Source of the DNA: Marsupella aquatica
Taxonomy: Eukaryota > Plantae > Marchantiophyta
DNA: 47,433 nt
Direction: 5' to 3'
Assembly: GCA_973895155.1 (NCBI GenBank)
Contig: OZ316896.1
Location: 23,471,067-23,518,499 of the forward strand
The translations under genes and the position numbers were made by a program. The notes under the pieces were generated by a model that saw nothing but the letters and a program-made list of their open reading frames with translations, made no database searches and was not told where the DNA came from. Below, in pieces: positions 35,001 to 47,161 of this stretch (position 1 is the first letter of the stretch; the number at the start of each line of letters is the position of its first letter).

Positions 35001-36705
35001 TTTCTCCAGTAGTTTCAGCAGACTCTGCATGCCTGGTTGCTGCATCGGCAAGTCTTCCTTCCTGGGCCTAAACACCTGCTCGATCGTAGGACTAACAGGT
35101 GGTTGAGGCTTCTCAGCCAACGGCCTCGGCGTTGGAGCTTCCTCGGGTGCCCTTACCTGCAGGGGAAGTACCGGGGCAAAAGTCTGACCTCTGGCATACC
35201 GGCACAACAGCGGCATGTGATAGCCAAGCCGCGACACGCTCCCCATGCCGATTACCTGCTGCTCCTCCTTTAAGATCTTCTTCAATTGGTTGAGGAGGTA
35301 CCCGTTGTAGTCCCGGCTTGGGTCTGGCCTTTCTGCCAGATAGACCTGTGCCTTGCCGATCTCTGCCCTCGGCAAGTTACAATGCATGGTCACCCGCAAG
35401 AAGTCGATCATCTCTCCTATGTGCGGGTTGGTGCAGGTGTTCCGGAAGAAGCCATTCTTCGTTGATGGCCCGGGGAACGACCGGAACTCCTTGTCAGGCA
35501 AGGTCTTCCTGGTATCAACTTTGGTCTTATTGCCCATCGGCAAGCCAAACACTTCGGCAATCACCTTGGGAGTAAGATAGAAATCCTTCCCATATATCCT
35601 CGTGCAATTGGTCTCGGGTTCCCATGACCCCACGAATTCTAATAGGTCCGACTCCGGTACCTCCGGCTTCAGCCATGGTAATCTTACAAAGGCCTCCAAG
35701 CCGGATCCGGCCATGAAGCCTTGGTACTTCTTGGTCTGCATGGCCGTAAAGCATGCATCCTCCTCCCGTGCAAAATGTAGTTGCACCTCCACCGGTAGGG
35801 TTGCCGCCCAGCCCTTCCAGGTGTCATCCCTGGTTGGAATGGCCTTGATGGGATCGACCTCCTCCTCTTTGGCTTCTCCCTGCCTCCTGCTCTGCTGCTC
35901 GGCTGGCTTCTTTGGTGCCGCCGACCTCGTTCTTTTTGCCGGGGTGGCTTCATCGTTGACGGCTCCCTTCCTCTTCATCTCTGCTGCCGTGGAGGTTTCT
36001 CCTAGCACCGTTGCCTGGGTCCACCTTTCCGTGCTACCCTTTAATTCCCAGTGTATGTCGTTGCAGTTCTTGATGGCCTCTCGGATGCCGACGACGCTGT
36101 CTTTGCAAAACAGAAGATCGTCGAGTTGATTGGAAGTAGGCGTCCACAGGAACTCGTCCTTGATGAGTTCGCCTCCTAAGAAAGCCGTCTTCTGCAGCTC
36201 CCACAATCGAGCGAGCTCCTGCCGTTCTCGAGCTGCCCTTTCTGACTCCTCGTCCTCGTAAGTCTTGATGTACTCAGTTGCCCGTTCGAACAGGCATCCC
36301 CAGAAATGTGCCGCTTGATTGACGTTGCTCATACCCTCCTTAGGTTGATCGTCGGTATCTACTCTCTCCCCGAGTGCTTGCCTAAGCAGCTGACAGTAGT
36401 TGGCCTCCCGTAGTCGTCTGCCTAGTTCGTGCTCGCAAATGAGCCACTATTTCCTGCAAGCGCTCCTTACCCCTCTCCTTTGCCGGTCCTTCTTCCCGTT
36501 GATCCTTCCTAGCCGCCGACGCTTAACGCGCCCTAACCCTAATCGGGTTTTCACCCTCAGCCTTACCTCCGGCCTCTGCCCGGGTTCCATGGTTGCCCCT
36601 AATTGTTTATATTTTCCTTGTTTTGTCACTATACTAAGGTGTTCCTAGGGTGCCTTCCTGCTTTACCCACTTAACCGGCCGAGTGATTCCTGTCTAGGCA
36701 TCACA
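32046..36705 (-). mobile_element. Shared middle LTR, 4660 bp
   Basis: Preceded by PPT (36706-36720), followed by PBS; TG...CA termini. Confidence 0.92.
32967..36590 (-). pseudogene. LTR-encoded ORF with two nonsense codons (36447, 34629)
   Basis: In-frame pieces of 60, 567 and 531 aa match the intact copy. Confidence 0.85.
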
Positions 36706-36720
36706 TAGCTCCCCACTTAA
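36706..36720 (-). other. Polypurine tract of right unit
   Basis: TTAAGTGGGGAGCTA abutting TGTGATG. Confidence 0.75.
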
Positions 36721-39691
36721 TTGTGAAGCGTCCTCGCGAACAACTTCATCTTCGTCCATATAGTATTTCTTGAGGCGGTCATGATGGATGCGAACTGGAT
36801 ATACCTCTCCCGTAATGTTGGCCAATTGCACGGAGCCATTGGGGAATATCATGGTTACTCTAAAGGGTCCTAACCAGCGAGTGTAAAGCTTTCCTGGAAA
36901 CCTACTATACCTACTGTCATAAAGTAGCACAAGGTCACCGGTATGAATACTAACTACTTTTAACCTTTTATCATACTGCTGCTTCATGATATTCTGTCTA
37001 TATTCTACTCTCTCGGCTGAAATCATTCTCGCTTCCTCTAAAGCTTCTAACCTATATTCTCGCTCCTTTAGGCTCTCCTCCGCTGAGGCTCTTTCCTCAA
37101 TTGTAACTTGAAATGTCGGTATCTCAAGTTGCGTGGGTACCAGGGCTTCTTGTCCAAAGGTTAAGAAGAAGGGTGTATGACCGGTAGTGGATTTATAGGC
37201 CAGATTGTAAGCAAAAACAGCAGCAAACAATTTATCATCCCAATCGAGTTTGTTCTGAGCTACCGTCTTGTTCAATATCTTTCCTATGATTCCGTTTACT
37301 CGTTCTGTCAACCCGTTTGCCTTTGGATGGTAGGGAGTAGTAGGCCTATGTTTAACTAAATACTGCTCATTTAAACGACTAATTATATCATTCAAAAAAT
37401 GGGTTCCTCTATCACTAACTAATTCTAGGGGTGCTCCATACCTGGTGAAGATCTGCTCATACATGAATCTAGCCGTAGTAATTGCATCATCCTTCGTTGT
37501 TGGTCTGGCCTCTACCCATTTAGTTGCATAATCCGTAGCCAGGATTATGTACTTGTTCCGTCGAGGGTGGGTCAGTGGTTTCAGAGGTCCAATGTAATCA
37601 ATACCCCACTTCTCGAATGGTGCCAGAGGTAGAATAGGGTGCAGTGGATGCCTGGTGGACGCCCTTGGTCCTCCCGCTCGTTGACAAGGATCGCATTGTT
37701 TGATAAACTGATAGACATCTTTGTGCAAGGTGGGCCACCAGTAACCGGCATTTAATATCTTTTTAGACGTGGTTACTGGGGCAAAATGTCCTCCGGCCTC
37801 CTCTCCATGCATGGCCCGTAGGACTTGTTTTACCTCTCTCTTCTCCAAACACCTTTGAATCGTGCCGTTGATTCCATGCTTGTGCAGTATGCCTTTAATG
37901 CACTGATACTGTCTGACCTTCCGCACAAAGACTGCGGCTTGCTCTCGGCTTAATCCTGGCTGTAATCTGGAAGTGCTGAGAAATTGTAAAATCTCAGGGT
38001 ACCATGTACCAGCTATTTCCACAACGAATAGCTCCTCGTCGGGGAATCGATCATCGATGCAATTCGTGGCAGGTTTACCTGTGATCCTTGAAAAGAAGTC
38101 GGCATTGGCATGTAACTTTCCTGGCTTGATCCTCAGCTCATAGTCAAACTCCTGTAATAGCAAAATCCATCTTGCTACTCTGCCTGTAAGGTCCGGCTTA
38201 TTGACTAGGTACTTCAAACTTTCATGATCAGTATGAAAGATTACCTTGTACCCTAGTAAATAATGCCTAAACTTTTTACAAGAATAAATGACTCCTAATG
38301 CTTCTCTTTCCGTGGTAGAGTAGTTCCGTTCGGCATCGGCAAGCTGACGGCTTGCGAAGTATATGGGATGGTCCCTTCCTTTCTCATCCAACTGACTTAG
38401 TACTGAGCCAATACAGAAGCCCGAGACATCTACAAAAACATGAAAATCTTTGTTCCAGTCCGGTGCTATCATGACTGGGGCCTCTACTAACATCTGCTTC
38501 AATTCTACCACCGCTGTGACTCGTTCGGGTGTGGGTTCGAAGTCTGCTCCTGCCTTGAGCATATTGGTTAATGGTAAAGCTAGCTTGGCAAAATCCTTGA
38601 TGAACCGGCGATAGTAACCAATGCATCCCAAGAAGGATCTTACATCCTTTATGTTCTTAGGTTGCATGATATCTAGCCATACTGCTAGCTTACCTTTGTC
38701 AATCTCAATGCCCTTCCTTGATACCTTGTGACCTAGTAGCACCCCCTCGGTTACTGCAAAAAAACATTTATCTGGGTGTAACTTGAGACCCACCTCCCTA
38801 CATCTCATGAAGGTTCCGTGATGAAGGCCGTCTTGATTTGGTCTTCCTGCCGAATCCTGATTTGGTTATAACCAGAGTATCCATCCATGAATGAATATAG
38901 TTCATGACTGGCTACCATGTCTAGTACCATATCAGTAAACGGTAAAGGAAAATGGTCTTTTAATGTTGCTTCATTCAGCTTCCTGTAATCCTGACAAACC
39001 CGGATCTTGGGTTTACCATCGGGTCCAGCTTTCTTGGGAACTATCACAATTGGAGACACCCAGTCTGAATGCAGGACTGGAGTGATGAATCCAGCTTCCA
39101 CTAGTTTATCGATTTCTGTTTTGACCAGCAGGGAATACTTCGGGTTCATCCTTCGAATTGGTTGTCGAAATGATTTGGCTCCTAACATGAGATCAATTCG
39201 ATGTTCCCCTAGTGTTGGATCTACGCCCTTTAGATCTTGGTGACTCCATGCAAACACATCCTGAAATTCAATCAATAAGTCACTGATCTCTTTCTCGAGC
39301 TCATGTGCTAGGTTTCTCCCTAAGTTCAGTTCTCTTCCCTCTCCTAAGTCGAGCTTCCGATATTGCCGTGCTTGGATCATATTAATCTGCTTCTTCAAAT
39401 TCGGGTCCAGTTCGGCTTCCAGTCTCTCTAATCTCATACCTCCATAAACTGGGATCTCGGCTGGACTAGCCGAGTCGGTCCCTTCCTTGGTGTCCATAGA
39501 TTGTCCCCTTACCGATCTATTCGGTTTTGAATTAGTGGTCGGCTCCCCTTCCTGCCTTGGCTCTGGATCGTGTCTGTCCATCTCATCCACCTCTTGCTCC
39601 TGAGAGTTAGGCCGCTGTGCTCTCTCAGCTTCTAATAGGGCCTCAATTTGTTCTGCCCTCGTAATCGGCTTGTATGCCGATCCCTTGGTAT

Positions 39692-42685
39692 TTAATCCCT
39701 TGCCGATGATCGATGGCGTTGTGGACCCCGTCGGCTCTGCCACAACGCCTGTAGAAAATCCACTGTCCCTGCTACTGCTCCCCACTTAGCCGTTTCATCC
39801 AATTGGTCTACATCCTTAACTTCCTCCGGAATTGCAGCTAAAAAGGTGGATTCTATTGTAAAGCAGTCCTCGACCTCTTCGTCTTCTTCTTCCAAGTCAC
39901 CTTCCATTGGTTCTTGCCATAATCCGCTGGGGGGTACCTCTGGTCCAAAGACACCTTCTTCGGTTAGGTTAGTGAAGCATTCTAACCAACGTACTTCATC
40001 GGCTGACTCCAGTCCACTATCGTACCCATCTACTTCCCTTATGCTTTTCCTACGGTCATCCTTAGTGTCCCAGGATACCGTGATAGAGGGGGTCCCGAAA
40101 GTGAACTGCTTTTTACCCCAATCTTCTATTACCTCGGCTAGGTACAGCCATGGCCTACCAATCAATAGCCGGAATGACGTAGGATTTACCGGCTTCATTA
40201 CTACATAGTTAATGCTAAAGAAGATACCTCCTATCTCTGTCTTGATGCCGGTTAACACTCCCGTCGGAATGACCTGATATCCATTGGCCATGTTCAACAC
40301 TCTTCCAGTCATCTCCGGTGTTAGACCCCACCCTTTTGCTGTTGAATCAATCATAATACATACCCCTGATCCTCCATCGATGGGTACCCGTAGTAATAAT
40401 TCTCCTTGAATCATTAATGGTAATGCTGGGGCTCCTTGATCTTCTTCTATCATTAGTACGTCGGATCTGGTTGCTACCTTGGGTAATCTCGGCTTGCCGA
40501 GAATAGCCTTCCTTAATTGCTTCCGGAAGTACGGGCTATTTTTCAATAGTTGACCTACTGTTGCCGAGACTCTAGATTCTAGTACATCTTTAGCCAGGTC
40601 ATAGGGAACAATCGGCTTCTCTTCTGGTGGTGTTTCCGTCTTGGATTCGGCCAGTTTTGCCACGCTAGTCTCCACAGCTGTTGGGTCTTCCGAAGCAAAC
40701 AATGCTTTTGCTCGTTTTACATCCTTGGCAATGGCTTCGGTATTCTCCAGGGTTTCTAATTCTCTTAGTTGTTCCTTAACACTAGCCGTAACAGAGGGGT
40801 AGAACAACTTAGGATGATCTCGATTGAAGTCGCTATCTTGTGAAGGATTGGTTTCACTGGTGGGCTCATGGCTTACCTGTATTGCCGGAGCCCTCCCTTC
40901 TCCTTCTGTTGATGTTGACGAAGAGTTGATCCTTTCCTTCGTAACCTTCCCTTTATTTTTGGCCAGCCCATCCCACCTTTCCTTCCTTCTGGTAGATCGA
41001 GTAGAGACCCGGTAGCAATCATGATCTAAATCCTCCTCTGAGAAGGTTGATAGGGCTTCGGCCTCATCATCAGATGGTACGAACTCTGCCTCGGCATCCT
41101 CTTGCCATCCTAGTTCGATGTGGTTGATTTGAACTCCTCCGGGGGTAGTACCTGGCGGTAAGATCTTGATCGGCAAAAGCTTATGATTTGCGGCCAGGCC
41201 TGCCAACCAAGTAGGACATTGCCCTAGCATATGACCTTCCTGTCGGCATCCCATACATAGCTGAGCTGGTTGTCCATCACCCTGTTTGCGTGCATTCGGG
41301 CATTCTCTAGCAAAATGGCCAGGTTGACCACAATTATAGCACGCCGCAAATCTTTGCACATTCGGCCTAGGAGGTACTGACGGGTTCTGAATAATCCGAG
41401 GATACATCTCTCCTGGATTGTTCCTTAACCCTGACCACAGAGATGCAGGTCTATTGGATAGGTCTCGTGCTCCAGTCTCACTGATGCCAAAAACACTATC
41501 AGCGGCATCTCCCAAAAAGTACTCTACTTCTCCCTGACATGGTCTGATCTCGGCCACATGCCGAACCTGATTAGTATTAAGCTTAGGACACGCATCTTTA
41601 TGGTGTCCGGTTTTATAACATAAGGCACACCATACAGAGCTATCCTCCTGTACTACCTTCTTCTTTGGTTTTACCTCTGCAATGATAGCTTTAAGTTGCT
41701 CGGTAAGGGCTACGATGTTATCTGGTGGCTTAGCCTCCATCTTGACTTTCGTCTTCCCTCTCCTTCTGCCCTTCCTTTTCCTAGTTTTTTCTTCTTCAGA
41801 ACTAGAAGATGACTCACTCTTGCTACTCCCACTATTCGAGCTTGACTTATCACTTCTAGACTTCTTGGAATGTTTTTTCTTCTTATCTTTTTTCTTATGG
41901 GGTGATCCCTCCTCTGATGAGGAACTCTCAGACTTAAGCTGTTTCTTCCGGCTTGTGATATCTGCATTAATGTATAATTGAATATCCTTAATTGCTTCGG
42001 CTAAAGTCTCCGGGTTCTCCTTCCTAATTGCAAAACTCATCTTCTGTGGCAAAGCATTCACCAACCATTGAAGTTGCATACCTTCAGATGCATTGGTCTT
42101 TGTACGTCTTACCAGTTTCTGAAAGCGTTGCAAGAACTTCCTGAAGGATTTGTTCTCCTTGAACCGAAGTTGTCCCAACTTCAGCACTGCTAGTTCTGAA
42201 GTTCCAATGGGTCGAAACTCCTTAACAAAGAGTGTTTTGAAGATATCCCAGATGGCTTGATCTTCCACATCTAATGCTCTGTACCAAGGCCTAGCCTCAC
42301 CCTTGAACAGGCCGGGAAGAATCTGCATCTTGATGGCCGATTCTCCATTTGCTGCAGCGGTTCCCTCGAAATCATCCAACCATTCGTCCGGATCCTCATC
42401 TCCTCTCCCATGAAATGCCTTGTAATGTATGCGCGACCGCTGGCTCAATCTGGTCCCTGGCCTCTCGTCTGGCCGTGCCTCTGGTTCCCCCATGTCGGTT
42501 GGAGACTCACTTCTCCTTACCGACTCTTCTTCTGGTATGTCTTCTTCGACGCCACTTCCAGTTTCGGAGCTACCAGCTCTTTCTGCCCCTCTCAGTCGCT
42601 GTGTATCATGCCACCCGGCGAGCTGCTGCAGTCGAGCTCTCTCCCGTTGAATCACTCTTTCTTCCCTCGGCGTAAGGTCAGTCAT
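39692..42685 (-). CDS. gag: Intact Gag-aspartic protease polyprotein, 997 aa
   Basis: FHGRGDEDPDEWLDDFE capsid motif; three CX2CX4HX4C knuckles; protease IDGGSGV and LLIGRPWL. Confidence 0.93.
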   Translation of the reverse strand: MTDLTPREERVIQRERARLQQLAGWHDTQRLRGAERAGSSETGSGVEEDIPEEESVRRSESPTDMGEPEARPDERPGTRLSQRSRIHYKAFHGRGDEDPDEWLDDFEGTAAANGESAIKMQILPGLFKGEARPWYRALDVEDQAIWDIFKTLFVKEFRPIGTSELAVLKLGQLRFKENKSFRKFLQRFQKLVRRTKTNASEGMQLQWLVNALPQKMSFAIRKENPETLAEAIKDIQLYINADITSRKKQLKSESSSSEEGSPHKKKDKKKKHSKKSRSDKSSSNSGSSKSESSSSSEEEKTRKRKGRRRGKTKVKMEAKPPDNIVALTEQLKAIIAEVKPKKKVVQEDSSVWCALCYKTGHHKDACPKLNTNQVRHVAEIRPCQGEVEYFLGDAADSVFGISETGARDLSNRPASLWSGLRNNPGEMYPRIIQNPSVPPRPNVQRFAACYNCGQPGHFARECPNARKQGDGQPAQLCMGCRQEGHMLGQCPTWLAGLAANHKLLPIKILPPGTTPGGVQINHIELGWQEDAEAEFVPSDDEAEALSTFSEEDLDHDCYRVSTRSTRRKERWDGLAKNKGKVTKERINSSSTSTEGEGRAPAIQVSHEPTSETNPSQDSDFNRDHPKLFYPSVTASVKEQLRELETLENTEAIAKDVKRAKALFASEDPTAVETSVAKLAESKTETPPEEKPIVPYDLAKDVLESRVSATVGQLLKNSPYFRKQLRKAILGKPRLPKVATRSDVLMIEEDQGAPALPLMIQGELLLRVPIDGGSGVCIMIDSTAKGWGLTPEMTGRVLNMANGYQVIPTGVLTGIKTEIGGIFFSINYVVMKPVNPTSFRLLIGRPWLYLAEVIEDWGKKQFTFGTPSITVSWDTKDDRRKSIREVDGYDSGLESADEVRWLECFTNLTEEGVFGPEVPPSGLWQEPMEGDLEEEDEEVEDCFTIESTFLAAIPEEVKDVDQLDETAKWGAVAGTVDFLQALWQSRRGPQRHRSSARD
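39702..39761 (-). promoter_or_regulatory. -1 ribosomal frameshift cassette, right unit
   Basis: Same heptamer (39755-39761) and stems; only the spacer differs (CUACA vs CUGCA). Confidence 0.8.
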
Positions 42686-42732
42686 TACCTACGCTTCCGT
42701 TCTAACTTCATATCTCACGGCTTAAGAAATGC

Positions 42733-42750
42733 CCCCTCCATCTAGCGCCA
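42733..42750 (-). other. Primer-binding site (tRNA-Asn type), right unit
   Basis: Identical to 32024-32041. Confidence 0.8.
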
Positions 42751-42754
42751 AAAA

Positions 42755-45700
42755 TGTGGTGCGTCCCATGGCTCCCTAAACCCAAGAAACCCCCCAGCTC
42801 AAGCCGATTCCCGCGGGTTTCACGCTTGGCGAGGCCGTTTCCGCGGCTTAGCGGCATGGGACGCTGCTAACCTTCTACTACTACTATTAACATTTTACAC
42901 ACATATACTGGACAGATCCTTCATCGGGTCATGAGATACGTAGCCGGCCTAATATAGGCCTTCCCCTGTCTTCCCCTGTCTTCCCCTCCGTCTTGTTAGG
43001 TATGTTTGGATTCCGCCGCCGGAATGATCCCCAATAGGCTTGGTTAAGCCGCTAAGACCTCTCTCAGCTCGACACATCCAACTCTCACTCCCCTGCTTAC
43101 TTTCCTTCCTTCTGTTGATGTGGGCACTCTTCACACAAGTTAATGCGACACACAAATAGCAAAATGACTCACTCTGACTGAGTCATACCATGCACTTGCC
43201 ATACAAACAGTACATCTCATACACAAGTTCTGCGAACTAAGCCGTGAGGCCAACTCTATTCAGCTCTTAGGCATGAGGAAACATGAATATACACAAGGGT
43301 CACTGTATGACTAACCGAGAGCTTCTCGTACTACTTGATCCCAGCCCGGCTGGTGCAAACTAAAAACTTGCTAAAGAAGAGGCCCTGAGCTCCCCGCTGC
43401 CCAGGTACTTATCCTGGTAGTGGATCCGCCATTCTTTGCATCATAAGCCTAATCTACTTAACAGTAATCTACTTGCCCGAATCTACCTATGTACAGCAAG
43501 GCAGGAGCACAAGTGTTGCTCCTACCAGTGGGACCGCAATCCCACTAAGCTAAGTGTCAGGGCCGCTCCTGGTTCTGATCCTAATCCTAAACGTGGAGAT
43601 CCGTGCCCGCCCTGCCCACTCACGCCTCCTCCCTCCACGTCCGCCCTCCCTAAAAGGAACGGCGCCCTTGCACCGTCACGACACCGGTGGTGGATCCTCA
43701 ATGGACGCCCCCAACACTTCCTCCTCAGCCACTGCCGTTGGCCCGCCTACTGACAGATTACCTGCCCTTGACCGAGTCAACTCTCCCTCGGCCTGACTGG
43801 GTCCACCTTCGGCTTCAGCCTCGACACCGGCCTCGGCAATACCCACGGCTTCGGCCTCAGCCACTCTCACGGCTTCGGCTTCAGCCACTCTCACGGCTTC
43901 GGCTTCCCCTTCCCCTAGGGTAGTTGGATCCCTAGCCGTGACCCTGTCTGGGGTCGGTGCTGGGTCTACCTCCTTGATCACCACGGCCTGTGAAGTCGTA
44001 TTACTCCTTGACCCTGAAGGTTTCCGCTTCTTCTTCGTTGGTGGCTCGGCAGCTGGTCCCTTCCCCTTCCCACTTACCTCCGGCACTGGTGCAGGTGGCG
44101 CGGCTTGTCCTTCGGCAATTACCACCCCTGGTAACTGGTTTGTCCCAACAGGAGATGGACCCGCTGCAGCTAAGCATTTAAATACTGCGGCTTGTTTCTT
44201 CAGCCGCTCTGTTTGGTTGTCGGCCCGCCGCTGTAGGTTCTCCATCTTCCTCGTGATTTCCTCCAACTCCTCTTGGGTTTCATCCAGGTCCTTACGTGCC
44301 CCCTCCAGCTCGTTTTTGGCCTCCTCCTGCTCCCTATGGGCTTCCTCCAATTCCTTCTTCAAGGTAGCCTTCTCCTCCTGGGTTGCTCTTAGCTCCTTGT
44401 CGAGCTCTGCAATGATGACAGACTCCATCTGGTTCATCTTGGCGTAAGTCTGTTCGAGCATCTCGTCCTTCTCCCTTAGGTCGGCCTTGAAGCTGGCCGT
44501 CAGGGACGCAAGCTCCTGCTGCAGCGCCATAATCCCTTGATAGGATTTCCCTAACTCGACCTCCTTCTGCTCAAGGGCTCCGCGGATTTTCTCGAGCTCC
44601 CCTTTCAACGCCCATTCCTTTCTTTGGGTCTCCGCCATGGCCCGGCTGTTGGCTGTTATGTGGGCCTCCTCTGTATTCTTCAGCTCTTGCTTCCACTTTT
44701 CCCTTTCTTTGATCGTGTCGGCCAACTCTTCCTGTGTCTGAGTCAGTTTATCCTTGATATTCTGATTATCAGCCTGCGCGGCGTCCAACTGCCCCTGCAT
44801 GATGTTCAGCTCATGTCGTTTAATCCGCAGTTCATCTTGGGCTTTCTTGGCCGCCCTTAGATCTTCAATCTCGGCTCCCATCCTCCTAAGCCGCCGAATG
44901 ACCTCGTCCTTCTTGCTTCTCTCTAAAGCCACCGCTTCTTCTAATTGGTGCTTCTCCAACTGTTCCCTATGGAAAAAGGGTCCTACCTCCAACTCCTCTC
45001 CAAAGATGCCGAGCGCAAGTTCCCCACACATCTCACCATACTCCATGGCTCTATTCTTAGCGTAGGTGGAGTAAGTAGAAGTGATCGGCATCGCCCATCG
45101 TGGCCTCTGCTCCCAAGCCGTCCTGCGGATCTCTTCAATCGTGGCTAGAGGCTTGCTTCCTTTTTCGGCTAGCCGCCTGATGTCCTCCGGCCAATCTCCT
45201 CCTGGTAAATCCTTTTCCTTAGCCAGGGCGGCCTCTTCCTCCTGCTTGATTCGCTCCTAAAATTCCTGCACCGTCTGTTTTATGCCATCGAAGCTCGGGG
45301 GAGCAACATCTGGTGGGGGAGACTCAGGGCTACTCTGTTGGTTGGGGTCCCCTCGCACTACCCTTGGAAGTGTGGGGACAAACCGGCCACACGTCCTTAC
45401 TCCTGGAACGTGATGGTCCGATCCATAGCCGGAATTATCATGGCTGCAGTCCTCCACTGCCTCCTCTACCTCTTGGATTTCCGGCTTCTCCCTCTCCTCT
45501 TCCTCGGTAGGAGCTTCAGGCAATTCTGCCTCAGATTCGGAGCTTGAGGTTCCCACGTACATTCGAACACCTGGCTTGGATTCCGGCCTGATTCTCTCCT
45601 TGTCTCCAGCAAAGGGGTTTTCTCTTGTGAGCCGGTGTAGGCCTACCTCTGTAGTAGTGTCCTGCATTGTTGCCGTTGCCGTTGTTGTTGCCGATGCCGA

Positions 45701-47161
45701 TTTCTTTTCTTTCTCCAGTAGTTTCAGCAGACTCTGCATGCCTGGTTGCTGCATCGGCAAGTCTTCCTTCCTGGGCCTAAACACCTGCTCGATCATAGGA
45801 CTAACAGGTGGTTGAGGCTTCTCAGCCAACGGCCTCGGCGTTGGAGCTTCCTCGGGTGCCCTTACCTGCAGGGGAAGTACCGGGGCAAAAGTCTGACCTC
45901 TGGCATACCGGCACAACAGCGGCATGTGATAGCCAAGCCGCGACACGCTCCCCATGCCGATTACCTGCTGCTCCTCCTTTAAGATCTTCTTCAATTGGTT
46001 GAGGAGGTACCCGTTGTAGTCCCGGCTTGGGTCTGGCCTTTCTGCCAGATAGACCTGTGCCTTGCCGATCTCTGCCCTCGGCAAGTTACAATGCATGGTC
46101 ACCCGCAAGAAGTCGATCATCTCTCCTATGTGCGGGTTGGTGCAGGTGTTCTGGAAGAAGCCATTCTTCGTTGATGGCCCGGGGAACGACCGGAACTCCT
46201 TGTAAGGCAAGGTCTTCCTGGTATCAACTTTGGTCTTATTGCTCATCGGCAAGCCAAACACTTCGGCAATCACCTTGGGAGTAAGATAGAAATCCTTCCC
46301 ATATATCCTCGTGCAATTGGTCTCGGGTTCCCATGACCCCACGAATTCTAATAGGTCCGACTCCGGTACCTCCGGCTTCAGCCATGGTAATCTTACAAAG
46401 GCCTCCAAGCCGGATCCGGCCATGAAGCCTTGGTACTTCTTGGTCTGCATGGCCGTAAAGCATGCATCCTCCTCCCGTGCAAAATGTAGTTGCACCTCCA
46501 CCGGTAGGGTTGCCGCCCAGCCCTTCCAGGTGTCATCCCTGGTTGGAATGGCCTTGATGGGATCGACCTCCTCCTCTTCGGCTTCTCCCTGCCTCCTGCT
46601 CTGCTGCTCGGCTGGCTTCTTTGGTGCCGCCGACCTCGTTCTTTTTGCCGGGGTGGCTTCATCGTTGACGGCTCCCTTCCTCTTCATCTCTGCTGCCGTG
46701 GAGGTTTCTCCTAGCACCGTTGCCTGGGTCCACCTTTCTGTGCTACCCTTTAATTCCCAGTGTATGTCGTTGCAGTTCTTGATGGCCTCTCGGATGCCGA
46801 CGACGCTGTCTTTGCAAAACAGAAGATCGTCGAGTTGATTGGAAGTAGGCGTCCACAGGAACTCATCCTTGATGAGTTCGCCTCCTAAGAAAGCCGTCTT
46901 CTGCAGCTCCCACAATCGAGCGAGCTCCTGCCGTTCTCGAGCTGCCCTTTCTGACTCCTCGTCCTCGTAAGTCTTGATGTACTCAGTTGCCCGTTCGAAC
47001 AGGCATCCCCAGAAATGTGCCGCTTGATTGACGTTGCTCATACCCTCCTTAGGTTGATCGTCGGTATCTACTCTCTCCCCGAGTGCTTGCCTAAGCAGCT
47101 GACAGTAGTTGGCCTCCCGTAGTCGTCTGCCTAGTTCGTGCTCGCAAATGAGCCACTATTT
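42755..47161 (-). mobile_element. 5' LTR of right unit, missing about 255 bp at the TG end
   Basis: Near-identical to 32046-36452; ends at an inversion junction. Confidence 0.9.
43676..47161 (-). pseudogene. LTR-encoded ORF, 5'-truncated, with nonsense codons (about 47156 and 45257)
   Basis: In-frame pieces of 594 and 471 aa match the intact copy. Confidence 0.85.

Larger units (their letters stand above)
36694..39785 (-). pseudogene. pol: Pol, right unit; 175-bp deletion near 38813 removes the RT catalytic FIDD motif and shifts the frame
   Basis: Lacks the equivalent of 28531-28705; RNase H and integrase remain open (704 aa). Confidence 0.93.
25395..47161 (-). mobile_element. Tandem Ty3/Gypsy non-chromovirus retrotransposon, LTR-internal-LTR-internal-LTR with shared middle LTR; both outer LTRs truncated
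   Basis: Two gag-PR/RT-RH-INT units, two PBS, two PPT, period 10709 bp; both internals reconstruct to 6224 bp; no chromodomain or extra RNase H seen. Confidence 0.95.
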
